The notes beneath the pieces were generated by a model. The model saw only the letters and a program-made list of their open reading frames with translations, had not been told where the DNA came from and did no database searches. The translations under genes were made by a program, and so were the position numbers. This document shows positions 9,218-18,820 of a stretch of DNA of 49,889 nucleotides, piece after piece. The first letter of the stretch is position 1; each line of letters begins with the position of its first letter. This stretch comes from Candidatus Roizmanbacteria bacterium. Lineage in GTDB: Bacteria; Patescibacteriota; Microgenomatia; UBA1406; HO2-37-13b. The stretch lies in NCBI GenBank assembly GCA_038127095.1, contig JAYPGZ010000007.1:1-49889 (forward strand), given 5' to 3'.

Positions 9218-10966
9218 ATGAAAAAAGTAAAAGCAGCACATGTACGTTTAGATGAAAAATTTGCGACCGCAATTTGTGGAAATGATATTCTTAGTTCGAC
9301 ATTGTACGTAAGTGGTATAGCGATAATTTTTGCAGGAGTTTATGCCCCAATCGTTTTCTTGTTGGTTGCATTAGTACTCTATTTATATAAATCCGTATAT
9401 ACAGAAGTTGTGGAAGCATTACCAGTAAATGGGGGAGCATATAATTGCTTGTTGAATGGCACGTCAAAATCTTTGGCAGCAAATGCAGGAATAATGACAC
9501 TGTTATCGTATGTAGCAACAGCTGTTATTTCCGCAAAGGTTGCAGTGGAATATCTAAATTCTGTAATAGGGCACATACCGGTAATTCCAGCAACCATTGT
9601 ATTGTTGGCATTATTTGGATTGCTTGTTATTGGAGGAATAAAAGATTCTGCTCGTGTTGCATTGGGAATATTTATTTTCCATATTGTGACACTTTTTGGA
9701 CTGTTAATCATGGGTGCAGTTTTTGCATTAAATAATAACGGTTTTTTCATTGAAAATTTACAACATACGACCTCAATTCTTACTAATCAGGGAGGCTTGC
9801 TAAAGGCATTGCTATTAGGTTTTGCTGCTTCATTATTAGGGGTTTCAGGATTTGAAAGTTCTGCTAATTTCGTTGAAGAACAGCAGCGCGGAGTATTTAG
9901 AAAGACACTGCGAAACATGTTGTTGGGGGTAGCTTTTTTTAGCCCTCTGATTACATTAGTTGTTTTAAATTCACTTTCATTTGAAGCAATTTCTCATGCA
10001 AAGGATTTTTTGCTCGCCGATACTGCATACGCAGTTGGAGGTTCTATATTTAAAACTATCTTAGCGCTCGATGCTTTTGCTGTACTTTCAGGAGCAGTTT
10101 TAACTTCATTCGTTGGGGTGAGTGGGCTAATGCAACGAATGGCAGCCGATGCGTGTTTGCCAAACTTTTTTTCGAAGCAAAATAAAAATGGATCGTTTTC
10201 ACGAATCATAATCTTTTTCTTTTTCCTATGTACTTCGATTTTGCTGGTGACAAACGGAGAGTTATTATCGTTGGCAGGAATGTATACCATTTCATTCTTG
10301 GGAGTAATGTCGTTATTTGCATTTGGAAATATGATTTTGCATGAAACAAGAACTGAGCTTAAGCGAACTTATAAAGCACCGCGATTATTTGTAGTTATTG
10401 CAATGTTGGCAACGACTGTAGGAATTGTTGGGAATATATTAATAGATCCAAATAATTTGCTGTTTTTTGCATTGTATTTTATTCCGTGTGCCGTAGTTGT
10501 GTATGGGGTAATGAATCAGGAAATGATATTGAAGACGATTATCAATCGTCTTCCGTCTGACAATGCACTACGTCGTGCGTTGGAATGGAAATTTAAACGG
10601 GTAATTTCGGGTCGTTATATTATATTCTTAAGAAACATGCACCGATTGTTTCCTACTATTGAATACTTAGTTAGGAATGAAAATAATTACAACCTTACAA
10701 TTGTGCACTGTGGAAAACATGAGCGCGCTCAAGATGATAAAGGATATCAGCGTTTAAAAACCATAATTCCTGCATTGCAAGATGCAGGGGTGCATCCATA
10801 TTTGAAAATAGATACGCTGTATAAAAAGGCTTCATTTGGCCCTGAAATAATTGCTCAGGTGTCAGAGGAGCTGGAAGTGCCCAAAAATCGTATTTTGATA
10901 GGTTCTATTCATCATTCTCACAATTTTGATTATGACCAGCTGGGTGGAGTGAGAATTATCTTCTAG
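9218..10966 (+). CDS. APC-superfamily permease (KimA/YdaO-like) with C-terminal cytoplasmic domain
   Basis: About 12 TMs; GNDILSSTLY, NGGAY and GFESSAN motifs; soluble C-terminal domain. Confidence 0.85.
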   Translation: MKKVKAAHVRLDEKFATAICGNDILSSTLYVSGIAIIFAGVYAPIVFLLVALVLYLYKSVYTEVVEALPVNGGAYNCLLNGTSKSLAANAGIMTLLSYVATAVISAKVAVEYLNSVIGHIPVIPATIVLLALFGLLVIGGIKDSARVALGIFIFHIVTLFGLLIMGAVFALNNNGFFIENLQHTTSILTNQGGLLKALLLGFAASLLGVSGFESSANFVEEQQRGVFRKTLRNMLLGVAFFSPLITLVVLNSLSFEAISHAKDFLLADTAYAVGGSIFKTILALDAFAVLSGAVLTSFVGVSGLMQRMAADACLPNFFSKQNKNGSFSRIIIFFFFLCTSILLVTNGELLSLAGMYTISFLGVMSLFAFGNMILHETRTELKRTYKAPRLFVVIAMLATTVGIVGNILIDPNNLLFFALYFIPCAVVVYGVMNQEMILKTIINRLPSDNALRRALEWKFKRVISGRYIIFLRNMHRLFPTIEYLVRNENNYNLTIVHCGKHERAQDDKGYQRLKTIIPALQDAGVHPYLKIDTLYKKASFGPEIIAQVSEELEVPKNRILIGSIHHSHNFDYDQLGGVRIIF

Positions 10967-11021
10967 AATACAGCCCAATTCTTTGGTTTACTTTTGTGTG
11001 TAAATAATGTATGATCGTTTT

Positions 11022-11468
11022 ATGAAAGTAAAAGTTTTTTTAGCAATATTTGCCGGAATATTACTAGTCATTTTTTTTCAATATACCCGTAATGAAAAAG
11101 CAGCCGTTACTATTCCTCCGGTTGCACAAGAATTGACCAAAAACACTACTCGCTATGCTGTGTATACCCCACAAAATCTTTTAGATGCTAAAAATACTAA
11201 AAGAGTATTATTTTTTTATGCATCGTGGTGTCCAACATGTATTCCCGTAGACGCTGATTTTCGTCAAAATGCCTCGTTAATACCACAAGGGGTTACGGTA
11301 ATTCGCGTAAATTATAATGATCCAGACACTGATGCTATGGAAAAAGAATTGGCCGATAAATATAACGTTACTTATCAGCATACATTTGTGCAAATTGATG
11401 AAAGTGATATGGTTGTAAATAAATGGAATGGAGGAAAAACTGAAAAGTTGATCGAAAATATTCAATAG
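11022..11468 (+). CDS. Membrane-anchored thioredoxin-family protein
   Basis: N-terminal TM helix, FFYASWCPTC active site and YNVTYQHTFV. Confidence 0.88.
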   Translation: MKVKVFLAIFAGILLVIFFQYTRNEKAAVTIPPVAQELTKNTTRYAVYTPQNLLDAKNTKRVLFFYASWCPTCIPVDADFRQNASLIPQGVTVIRVNYNDPDTDAMEKELADKYNVTYQHTFVQIDESDMVVNKWNGGKTEKLIENIQ

Positions 11469-11471
11469 TAA

Positions 11472-12230
11472 ATGATATTATTACTCATTTTTTCATTTGT
11501 ATCAGGTGTAGTGACCGTTTTGTCTCCGTGTATCTTGCCTATTTTGCCAATTATTTTATCTTCGACAGTGGGAGCAAAGGAAATTAACAGACAAAGACCC
11601 ATTGGAGTTATTATTGGATTTGTGAGTAGCTTTACATTTTTTACCCTGTTTTTGACTTCAATTATTAGTTTGTTTGGAATTCCTGCACAGACGTTACGAT
11701 TGTTTTCGGTGGCAGTAATTGGTTTTTTTGGAATTTCACTCCTCGTGCCGTCTGCTCAGGCTTATGTAGAACGATTATTTACCCGTCTTACTCGCATCGT
11801 TACACCAACATCTCAACGACCTGGAATACTAGGAGGGGTGTTAGTAGGATTTTCTATTGGATTACTATGGACACCGTGTGTTGGTCCTATTCTTGCATCG
11901 GTATTATCGTTGGCTATTATCGGTTCAGTCACGATCGATGCTTTTTTAATTACACTTGCATATTCTCTGGGTACAGCTATCCCAATGTTTATGATCATGC
12001 TCGCAGGTCAAAATGCGCTTCGTTCGGTTCCGTGGTTAGTCAACAGAACGCAGGAAATTCAAAAAACTTTTGGAGTTATTATGGTGTTAACCGCGATTGG
12101 TATTTATTTTGGAATAGACAAATCTTTTCAAGTGTATATTCTTAACCTCTTTCCCAATTATGCGCAAACATTGGTTGGACTAGAAGAAAGTGCTTTCGTG
12201 CAAGATCTTCTTAAAAATCTTAAGAAATAA
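11472..12230 (+). CDS. ccdA: CcdA/DsbD-beta family membrane electron transporter
   Basis: LSPCILPILP and WTPCVGPIL motifs; 6 TMs. Confidence 0.88.
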   Translation: MILLLIFSFVSGVVTVLSPCILPILPIILSSTVGAKEINRQRPIGVIIGFVSSFTFFTLFLTSIISLFGIPAQTLRLFSVAVIGFFGISLLVPSAQAYVERLFTRLTRIVTPTSQRPGILGGVLVGFSIGLLWTPCVGPILASVLSLAIIGSVTIDAFLITLAYSLGTAIPMFMIMLAGQNALRSVPWLVNRTQEIQKTFGVIMVLTAIGIYFGIDKSFQVYILNLFPNYAQTLVGLEESAFVQDLLKNLKK

Positions 12231-12250
12231 CCTGTGTGCTATACTATCGT

Positions 12251-13723
12251 ATGCCTCGTAAAAAAGTAATTATTATTGGTAGTGGTTTTGGCGGACTCTG
12301 TAGTGCGGCATTGCTGGCAAAAGAAGGCTACGATGTAACGGTGCTTGAAAAAAATTCCCGTATGGGCGGTCGTGCTATGACATTTGATCGCAAAGGCTAC
12401 CACTTTGATATGGGTCCTTCGTGGTATTTAATGCCTGAAGTATTTGAAGATTACATGAAGATATTTGGAAAAAACATTGCTGATTATATAACTTTACGCC
12501 CTCTTGATCCAATGTATAGAATGTTTTTTTCACCGACCGATTATATTGATATTGTACGTGATTTAGAACAGAATTTAAAAATATTTGAATCGATTGAAAA
12601 GGGAGCCAGCGTATCGATTCGAGCATATCTTGATCAAGCAAAAACTCAATATGAAATTGCAATGAAGCATTTTTTATATACTGAATTTAAATCGATATTC
12701 GATTTTATTAAGCCAGAGCTTCTTACTGTTGGGAAAAAGGTTTCAGTTTTTAAGAACCTGCAAGACCATATTGCATCTTTTACCAAAGATAATCGGCTGC
12801 AAAAAATATTGGGATATACAATGGTTTTTTTGGGTGGAGCTCCTCGTAATACACCCGCATTATATTCGCTCATGTCGCATGTTGATTATAATTTAGGAGT
12901 GTTTTACCCAATAGGAGGATTTGGAGCACTTGCTGATGCATTTGTAAAACTTGGTAAAGAATATGGAGTGCGGTATTATCCTTCGCATACGGTTAAAAGA
13001 ATTAAAACAGAGAACGGGAAAGCAACTGCTGTTATTACTGATAAGCAAATCTTTCAGGCTGATCTTGTTCTTGCAAATGCTGATTATCAACATGTGGAAT
13101 CTAAATTACTTCTGGAAGCAGATCGTACATATCACTCTTCATACTGGGAAGCTAAAACACTTGCACCGTCAGCATTTATTATTCATCTTGGTATGAAGGG
13201 TAGAGTACCAAATGTGAAACATCATAATCTTATTTTGACCCATGATTGGCAGAAACATTTTGACGATATTTTTAAAAAGCCAAAATGGCCTAAGCAGCCT
13301 TCGTACTATGTTTGTTGTCCTACAAAAACCGATAACACAATTGCACCCAAAAATTGTGACGAGCTATTTATTTTAGTTCCAGTGGCATCGGGTTTAAAAG
13401 ACACTCCATTACAGAGAAAAAAATATTATGAAAAAATTATGGATGATCTTGAACTACATGTGAAATTCCCGATCCGTTCTCATATTGCATATAAACGAAT
13501 GTATGCTCATGCCGATTTTACTGCTGATTATAATGCATATAAAGGAACTGCTTTGGGCCTTGCTCATACGCTTTCGCAAACAGCAATTCTGCGACCTTCA
13601 ATGAAAAGTAAGAAAGTATCTAATTTATATTTTGTCGGACAATACACACAACCGGGAATTGGAGTACCGATTGCGGTTATTTCTGCGCAGTTAGCTGCAA
13701 AAAGAATACATGAAGAAAATTAA
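12251..13723 (+). CDS. crtI: Phytoene desaturase / CrtI-CrtD family carotenoid desaturase
   Basis: IIGSGFGG FAD-binding motif, FDMGPSW, YPIGG, GLAHTLSQT and LYFVGQYTQPGIGVP. Confidence 0.9.
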   Translation: MPRKKVIIIGSGFGGLCSAALLAKEGYDVTVLEKNSRMGGRAMTFDRKGYHFDMGPSWYLMPEVFEDYMKIFGKNIADYITLRPLDPMYRMFFSPTDYIDIVRDLEQNLKIFESIEKGASVSIRAYLDQAKTQYEIAMKHFLYTEFKSIFDFIKPELLTVGKKVSVFKNLQDHIASFTKDNRLQKILGYTMVFLGGAPRNTPALYSLMSHVDYNLGVFYPIGGFGALADAFVKLGKEYGVRYYPSHTVKRIKTENGKATAVITDKQIFQADLVLANADYQHVESKLLLEADRTYHSSYWEAKTLAPSAFIIHLGMKGRVPNVKHHNLILTHDWQKHFDDIFKKPKWPKQPSYYVCCPTKTDNTIAPKNCDELFILVPVASGLKDTPLQRKKYYEKIMDDLELHVKFPIRSHIAYKRMYAHADFTADYNAYKGTALGLAHTLSQTAILRPSMKSKKVSNLYFVGQYTQPGIGVPIAVISAQLAAKRIHEEN

Positions 13724-14537
13724 TGCGTCTGAAGAAAAAAGAAAATTATTCAAGAAATCGAGTACAACATATTATTATTCGAGTCTATTTTTTACCGGTC
13801 AAATAAAAAGTGATGTTTTTGCCTTGTATGCTTTTGTTAGATATGCTGATAATTTAGTTGATGCAATTCCACCCAAAAAAATTGAATTTTCTCGTTTTTG
13901 CAAAAAGGTTCATCAGGCGTATGGCGGAAAAGTACTCAAAGACCACATTATCGATGATTTCATTGAGTTGTCGCATCGAAAAAAGTTTGATAAAGCCTGG
14001 ACAAATGCATTTTTATCTTCAATGAAAGCGGACTTAACAAAGCATCATTACAAGACGTATGAAGAACTACAAAAATATATGTATGGATCTGCAAATGTTA
14101 TCGGACTATTTATGAGCGCAATTTTTAATTCGAGTCCTCGAGTATTTCCTTACGCACAAGCACAAGGTGAGGCTATGCAATTTATTAATTTTATCCGCGA
14201 TGTGCAAGAAGATTTTGAATTAGGCCGTCAATATATACCCGAAGATGACGTAAAAAAATTTAACACCCATATTCCTCCAAAACCTGGGGAAGAAGAGGCG
14301 TTTTGTTTGCTCATGAGATCACAAATCGACAAGTACAGAAAAATTCAACAGTATGCGAATAAAGGACATAAATATATTGACAAGCGTTTTAGAATAATGG
14401 TCAAAACATCTGCCAAAATGTATGAGTGGACTGCAGACCAAATTTATAGAGACCCGCTTATAGTATTTCGAAAGAAAGTTAAGCCGGCAAAGTGGTATGT
14501 AATTGCATCGGTTATCAGACACGCTCTTTTTTCTTAA
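13710..14537 (+). CDS. crtB: Phytoene synthase
   Basis: LYAFVRYADNLVD, YMYGSA and NFIRDVQED..GRQYIP motifs; overlaps crtI. Confidence 0.9.
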   Translation: MKKINASEEKRKLFKKSSTTYYYSSLFFTGQIKSDVFALYAFVRYADNLVDAIPPKKIEFSRFCKKVHQAYGGKVLKDHIIDDFIELSHRKKFDKAWTNAFLSSMKADLTKHHYKTYEELQKYMYGSANVIGLFMSAIFNSSPRVFPYAQAQGEAMQFINFIRDVQEDFELGRQYIPEDDVKKFNTHIPPKPGEEEAFCLLMRSQIDKYRKIQQYANKGHKYIDKRFRIMVKTSAKMYEWTADQIYRDPLIVFRKKVKPAKWYVIASVIRHALFS

Positions 14538-14541
14538 TGAT

Positions 14542-15390
14542 ATGTTGTTAGACAGGTTTGTTCTTATATTAAAAGTATCGCGTCCCCGATTTTGGTTATA
14601 TGTGGCAGGACCATATTTATTGGGTGCAGTAACCTTTACTTTGCAGAATCATACTGCACTTGAGTGGGTCGTATATGTATATGGGCTTATTTTTTTCCTT
14701 ATTCCTGCAAATATTATTTTATATGGCCTCAATGATTTCTTTGATATCGATACAGACCGTTACAATAAGAAAAAGTTTGGAAAAGAGGGACTACTCAATG
14801 GTGTAGCAGATCGAAAATTAGTAATAGTTTGTATTGTTTTTTGTTGTTTGCTTGCACTTCCACTTTTTTACTTTCTTAATGTGTATGCACGAGCGTTATT
14901 TATTTTGTTTCTTTTTTTGGCGTATGGATATAGCACTCCACCTTTACGATTCAAAATCCGTATTTTACTAGACAGCTTGTCGAATATTCTTTATGTGTTA
15001 CCTGGGCTAATCGCCTACATATATACGTCACAGCATATACCGCCCGTATCGGTTACTACCGCAAGTTTTTTGTGGGCAATTGCAATGCATTTATTTTCGG
15101 CAATTCCCGATATCGAACCCGATAAAAAAGCGGGCATTCAGACAACTGCTGTTTTTTTGGGTAAGAAAGAATCACTTCTCGTATGTTCGGTTTTATGGTT
15201 TTTTGCTGCAATTATTATGAGTTCATATTTATACATTTTTCTCGTCGGCATTATATATGCAACTATTCCACTAGTGATTTATTTTGGTGGTTCTTTAAGT
15301 AATCGGCTCGAGGTAATGTATTGGCGATTTCCCTATATCAATGGTTTTCTTGGATTGACCATCTTCATATATTTGTATTATTGGCTATGA
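14542..15390 (+). CDS. UbiA-family prenyltransferase, lycopene elongase (LyeJ/CrtEb)-like
   Basis: SRPRFWLY, YGLNDFFDIDTD, YSTPPLRFK and HLFSAIPDIEPDKKAGIQTTA motifs; lies inside the crt cluster. Confidence 0.82.
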   Translation: MLLDRFVLILKVSRPRFWLYVAGPYLLGAVTFTLQNHTALEWVVYVYGLIFFLIPANIILYGLNDFFDIDTDRYNKKKFGKEGLLNGVADRKLVIVCIVFCCLLALPLFYFLNVYARALFILFLFLAYGYSTPPLRFKIRILLDSLSNILYVLPGLIAYIYTSQHIPPVSVTTASFLWAIAMHLFSAIPDIEPDKKAGIQTTAVFLGKKESLLVCSVLWFFAAIIMSSYLYIFLVGIIYATIPLVIYFGGSLSNRLEVMYWRFPYINGFLGLTIFIYLYYWL

Positions 15391-16109
15391 AAGTATCTAT
15401 CATAATACCGACGTTAAATGAGTCGCACTATATTAAGCCACTTCTTACTTCTATACAAAAGCAAACTCACCCAATTCTTGAAGTGTTGGTCATCGATGGT
15501 GGATCAGTAGATAACACAGTGGAAATAGTGAAATCATTTCGTCAGGTGAACTGTTTTTACACGGACCAGCCTGTTGGAAATCAGCGTACTGTAGGAGGTT
15601 TCCATGCATCCGGAGATCTACTTATCTTTTTAGATGCGGACGTACAATTGGAGAAAGATTTTATTGCACGCGTGTTGGGAGAAATGAAAAGGAGGTCGCT
15701 TGATATTGCCTGTCCCCAATACACTCCATTTCCTGGTACTGTTTTTATTCGAATATTTTACGCAGTTTTTAATACTCTATTTGCACTGGTGCAAAACAAA
15801 AAAGCTTCTGGGGCAGGGTCGTGCATTTGTGTAAAAAAAGATTTATTCAAGCGTATTGGTGGGTTTGATGCTCGTATGCATTTTGATGATATTGTATTTA
15901 TCCGTAAAGCGAGTAAGCTTGGTAAGTTTGGCATTCTGCATTCATCAATTCATGTTTCTGACAGGAGGTTTCGACAGTATGGATTTCTCCAAACATGTAT
16001 TACATACGTGTATTTGGCCGTGTTGTTTGCTTTTGGATTTTTTAGACAGGCGAATAATGTTCCGTATATATTTGGCAAATTTTCATCTATTACTAAAAAA
16101 AAGGTATAA
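15387..16109 (+). CDS. GT2 glycosyltransferase (possible carotenoid glycosyltransferase)
   Basis: VSIIIPTLNE, IDGGSVDNT, FLDAD and SDRRF motifs; ATGA overlap with the elongase gene. Confidence 0.8.
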   Translation: MKVSIIIPTLNESHYIKPLLTSIQKQTHPILEVLVIDGGSVDNTVEIVKSFRQVNCFYTDQPVGNQRTVGGFHASGDLLIFLDADVQLEKDFIARVLGEMKRRSLDIACPQYTPFPGTVFIRIFYAVFNTLFALVQNKKASGAGSCICVKKDLFKRIGGFDARMHFDDIVFIRKASKLGKFGILHSSIHVSDRRFRQYGFLQTCITYVYLAVLFAFGFFRQANNVPYIFGKFSSITKKKV

Positions 16110-16116
16110 TTGGACC

Positions 16117-17175
16117 ATGAAAAATTTTAAAACATACAACGTCGAGAAAAGAGAATTACTGAGTGCGTTTGTGAAAACCTTTTTGAGCGATCAGAAAAAA
16201 CTCAGTGCTCAAATGCAGTTGCATGGAGCCTTAGATCGACTAGAACATTTTGCAACGCAAGGAAAAATGCTGCGAGGTGTTTTTGTAATGCTTTCTTATG
16301 AGATGTATGGTGGAGTGTCACGTGACGAAATTTTGCGTGTAGCAAGCGCTTTAGAATTAACGCATGCCACACTTCTTATTCATGACGATATCATGGATAA
16401 TGATCAAAAACGTCGTAATGAACCGACAATGTTTGCGCAATATTCCAGAGACGCTCAAAAACAACAGCTTGCAGATCCGGTCAGTTATGGAAAATCAGTA
16501 GCCATGATAGTAGGTGATACAGCTTTGTTACTTGCTTTTGAGTTACTCTCTTCAATTAATGTATCCTCAGAAGTGAAAAAGGAAATACTCGTCTCTTTTT
16601 CGCAAGAAATGGTACGAGTGGCAGGTGGACAACTGCTGGACTTCGATTTTGGCCAAATCCCTCTGCCGCGCACAGAAAATGAAATAGACGATATGTATCG
16701 GCTAAAAACAGGCGGATATACATTTTCATTGCCGTTTTTGTGCGGCGCGTTACTTGCAAATGCAAACAGTGCTGAGCGGGCAAAGCTCCATGAGTTAACG
16801 AGGATTTTAGGAAATACCTTTCAGCTAAAAGACGATGAGCTGGGTATTATGGGAGACAGTGAAGTTACCGGTAAAAGTCCGGGTTCCGATGTACGAGAAG
16901 GAAAAAAGACAATATTGTGGATGCGTTTGTATGCTGCCTGTACACAACAAGAAAAAAGCATACTTGATTCGTATTTGGGTACCTCATTAACATATGAGCA
17001 AATCCAAGAAATTCGTTCAATTTTGCATAAATATGAAATTATTGAAACGATCCAAAGAGAGATTGATACTGCAAAGGCGCGTGCGTATGAGATCATAGAC
17101 TCATTGAAAGTAGGCGAAAAATATAAAATAATTCTCAAGGAATTAACTGATTATAACGCGAGTCGAACTGCATAA
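16117..17175 (+). CDS. crtE: Polyprenyl diphosphate synthase (CrtE/IdsA-like)
   Basis: GKMLRG, LIHDDIMDND..RR, GQLLD, KTGGY, FQLKDDELG and SDVREGKKT motifs. Confidence 0.85.
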   Translation: MKNFKTYNVEKRELLSAFVKTFLSDQKKLSAQMQLHGALDRLEHFATQGKMLRGVFVMLSYEMYGGVSRDEILRVASALELTHATLLIHDDIMDNDQKRRNEPTMFAQYSRDAQKQQLADPVSYGKSVAMIVGDTALLLAFELLSSINVSSEVKKEILVSFSQEMVRVAGGQLLDFDFGQIPLPRTENEIDDMYRLKTGGYTFSLPFLCGALLANANSAERAKLHELTRILGNTFQLKDDELGIMGDSEVTGKSPGSDVREGKKTILWMRLYAACTQQEKSILDSYLGTSLTYEQIQEIRSILHKYEIIETIQREIDTAKARAYEIIDSLKVGEKYKIILKELTDYNASRTA

Positions 17176-17186
17176 TGAGACGCACA

Positions 17187-17732
17187 TTATGGTCGGGGTG
17201 CTACTATTCGAATATTATCGCTAATACATCGAGGATCCTTGGATGGATTTTTTGGGTCGCAGCACATAAAGTAGCTTCCTCCAGCTCTTCTTACCACATG
17301 TTTACATTCTACTCCGTATCCGCAGGCGAGTGAAAGTGCCGCTGAAGCATCGCCTCTGTTTGCTTTAACCGTTTGTTTTTGATCACAATATTCAAATTCT
17401 TTAGCCTGGCCCAGTGGAGCAATGCAGTTGCGAACGGCCTTTTCACCAATAATACAGTTGGTGCCAAATCCGCATAAACATAAGCCTTTCCTATCGGTTG
17501 ACTTGGCTTTTACACACGTAGTGCCTACGGCACATTCTTTATCCGATGAACAGCTCAAATTACAGCCCTTTACAGTGGTTTTAGCAAGCGACTCAACACT
17601 AACGTGCGATGTTAAAACGGCCGAAGATACCAAATAGGCCAAAATCAACAAAATACCAATAGTCAGTACTGGCAGAACCATAGGATTGTATTTGCCTCGG
17701 AAGGTATATGTTTTGAGTTTGGCTTTTTTCAT
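17187..17732 (-). CDS. Single-pass membrane protein with Cys-rich ectodomain
   Basis: Basic N-terminus, one TM, then 14 Cys; consensus promoter upstream. Confidence 0.75.
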   Translation of the reverse strand: MKKAKLKTYTFRGKYNPMVLPVLTIGILLILAYLVSSAVLTSHVSVESLAKTTVKGCNLSCSSDKECAVGTTCVKAKSTDRKGLCLCGFGTNCIIGEKAVRNCIAPLGQAKEFEYCDQKQTVKANRGDASAALSLACGYGVECKHVVRRAGGSYFMCCDPKNPSKDPRCISDNIRIVAPRP

Positions 17733-17744
17733 AGGTATAGAATA

Positions 17745-17774
17745 ATTATATGAACATTTTTGAGTAGATGTCAA
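17745..17774 (-). promoter_or_regulatory. Sigma70-type promoter TTGACA-N18-TATAAT
   Basis: Perfect hexamers on the minus strand, 12 nt before the ATG at 17732. Confidence 0.75.
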
Positions 17775-17829
17775 GGAATAAATAGCATTACTCAAATAAT
17801 ACATTTAAGTATAATAAATAGCATTCAAT

Positions 17830-17937
17830 ATGAAGGAAAAAGAAAAAACAACGTTTATGGGTGTCGAGAAGGATACTTGGAAAAAGGTTGGAGTAGGAGT
17901 GCTTGCTGTGGGACTTTTAGGTATGGTTTTGCTTTAA
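17830..17937 (+). CDS. 35-aa small membrane protein (not in ORF track)
   Basis: MKEKEKTTFMGVEKDTWKKVGVGVLAVGLLGMVLL*; TATAAT at 17810-17815; 4-nt TTAA convergent overlap with the ZIP gene. Confidence 0.6.
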   Translation: MKEKEKTTFMGVEKDTWKKVGVGVLAVGLLGMVLL

Positions 17938-18677
17938 TGATGAAGTGAAGTTATGAGTATGTATCCTATGAGTAGACCGATGATAAACGGTAAACTTTGT
18001 TTCCATCTGCGTTGTTTTTTAAATTCTGTATGCATATCGGGTATTAAATCGGAGCATGAAATATAAATAAACATTCCCGCACTGAACGCAAGAAGTGTTG
18101 GAAGAAGCGACTCGACTTTATTCAAAAAATAGAATCCTGCAATGGCGCCAGCAAAGGCAGTCAATGCTGATAGAAAATTATAATACAGCGCCTTCTTGTT
18201 ACTGAGTCCTCCATGTATGAGTACTGAAAAGTCTGCAATTTCTTGGGGAATTTCGTGTGCTGCAATAGCGAGTGTGGTTATGACTCCAACAGTGGGATTT
18301 GTAATAAATGCAGCAGCGATCGCAATACCATCAAACATATTATGGAAACTATCACCAATAAGTATGAGAATTGATGAAGGTTTGGAGCCGTGGTAGTCGT
18401 CGTGGTGATGAAACCATAATACATAGCGTTCCATAAAGAAAAAGATTACGATCCCCGCAAGTACCCATGTGAAAATGGGCGCGTCTGCACCATGTTCTGC
18501 CGCTTCGGGCAGCAGGTCAAGAAATGCAGTAGTCAACATCATGCCGGCAGCAAAGCTTACAAAATGATTTGACATGTTGCCGCCTGTAATTTTTTTACGG
18601 AGAAAATAAATATTAGCTAGTATCGAAATGCAGCTAATTACTGCGGTCGCAAGTAGTATTTGAAACAAAATAGGCAT
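17934..18677 (-). CDS. ZIP-family metal transporter
   Basis: SFAAG, LLPEA, HHHDDYH, GDSFHNMFDG and AHEIPQEIADF motifs. Confidence 0.93.
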   Translation of the reverse strand: MPILFQILLATAVISCISILANIYFLRKKITGGNMSNHFVSFAAGMMLTTAFLDLLPEAAEHGADAPIFTWVLAGIVIFFFMERYVLWFHHHDDYHGSKPSSILILIGDSFHNMFDGIAIAAAFITNPTVGVITTLAIAAHEIPQEIADFSVLIHGGLSNKKALYYNFLSALTAFAGAIAGFYFLNKVESLLPTLLAFSAGMFIYISCSDLIPDMHTEFKKQRRWKQSLPFIIGLLIGYILITSLHH

Positions 18678-18820
18678 GAGAATAGTATATCATGTTTTAC
18701 TCTTACTCAATATCGAATTTTGCATAGAACGTAACACGTGTTTAACTCGAATGTGGCAGTTGGCCGATTCGCAAAATGGATATCTGTGTAAGAGTAAACG
18801 CACAATGCTATACTCATATA

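Noticed and set aside
15856-16116. 87-aa N-terminal extension of the polyprenyl synthase in the ORF track
   Set aside because: It overlaps the GT2 gene; the ATG at 16117 has a -10 box 6 nt upstream and gives a normal length.
1-17175. Integron-like cassette array (run of small co-oriented genes)
   Set aside because: No integrase and no recurring attC-type GTTRRRY/RYYYAAC inverted cores; many genes have their own -10 boxes.
18749-18770. gaatgtggcagttggccgattc as a decayed copy of the tccgccagctggcgga palindrome
   Set aside because: Several mismatches in a short sequence; cannot be distinguished from chance without a genome-wide profile.
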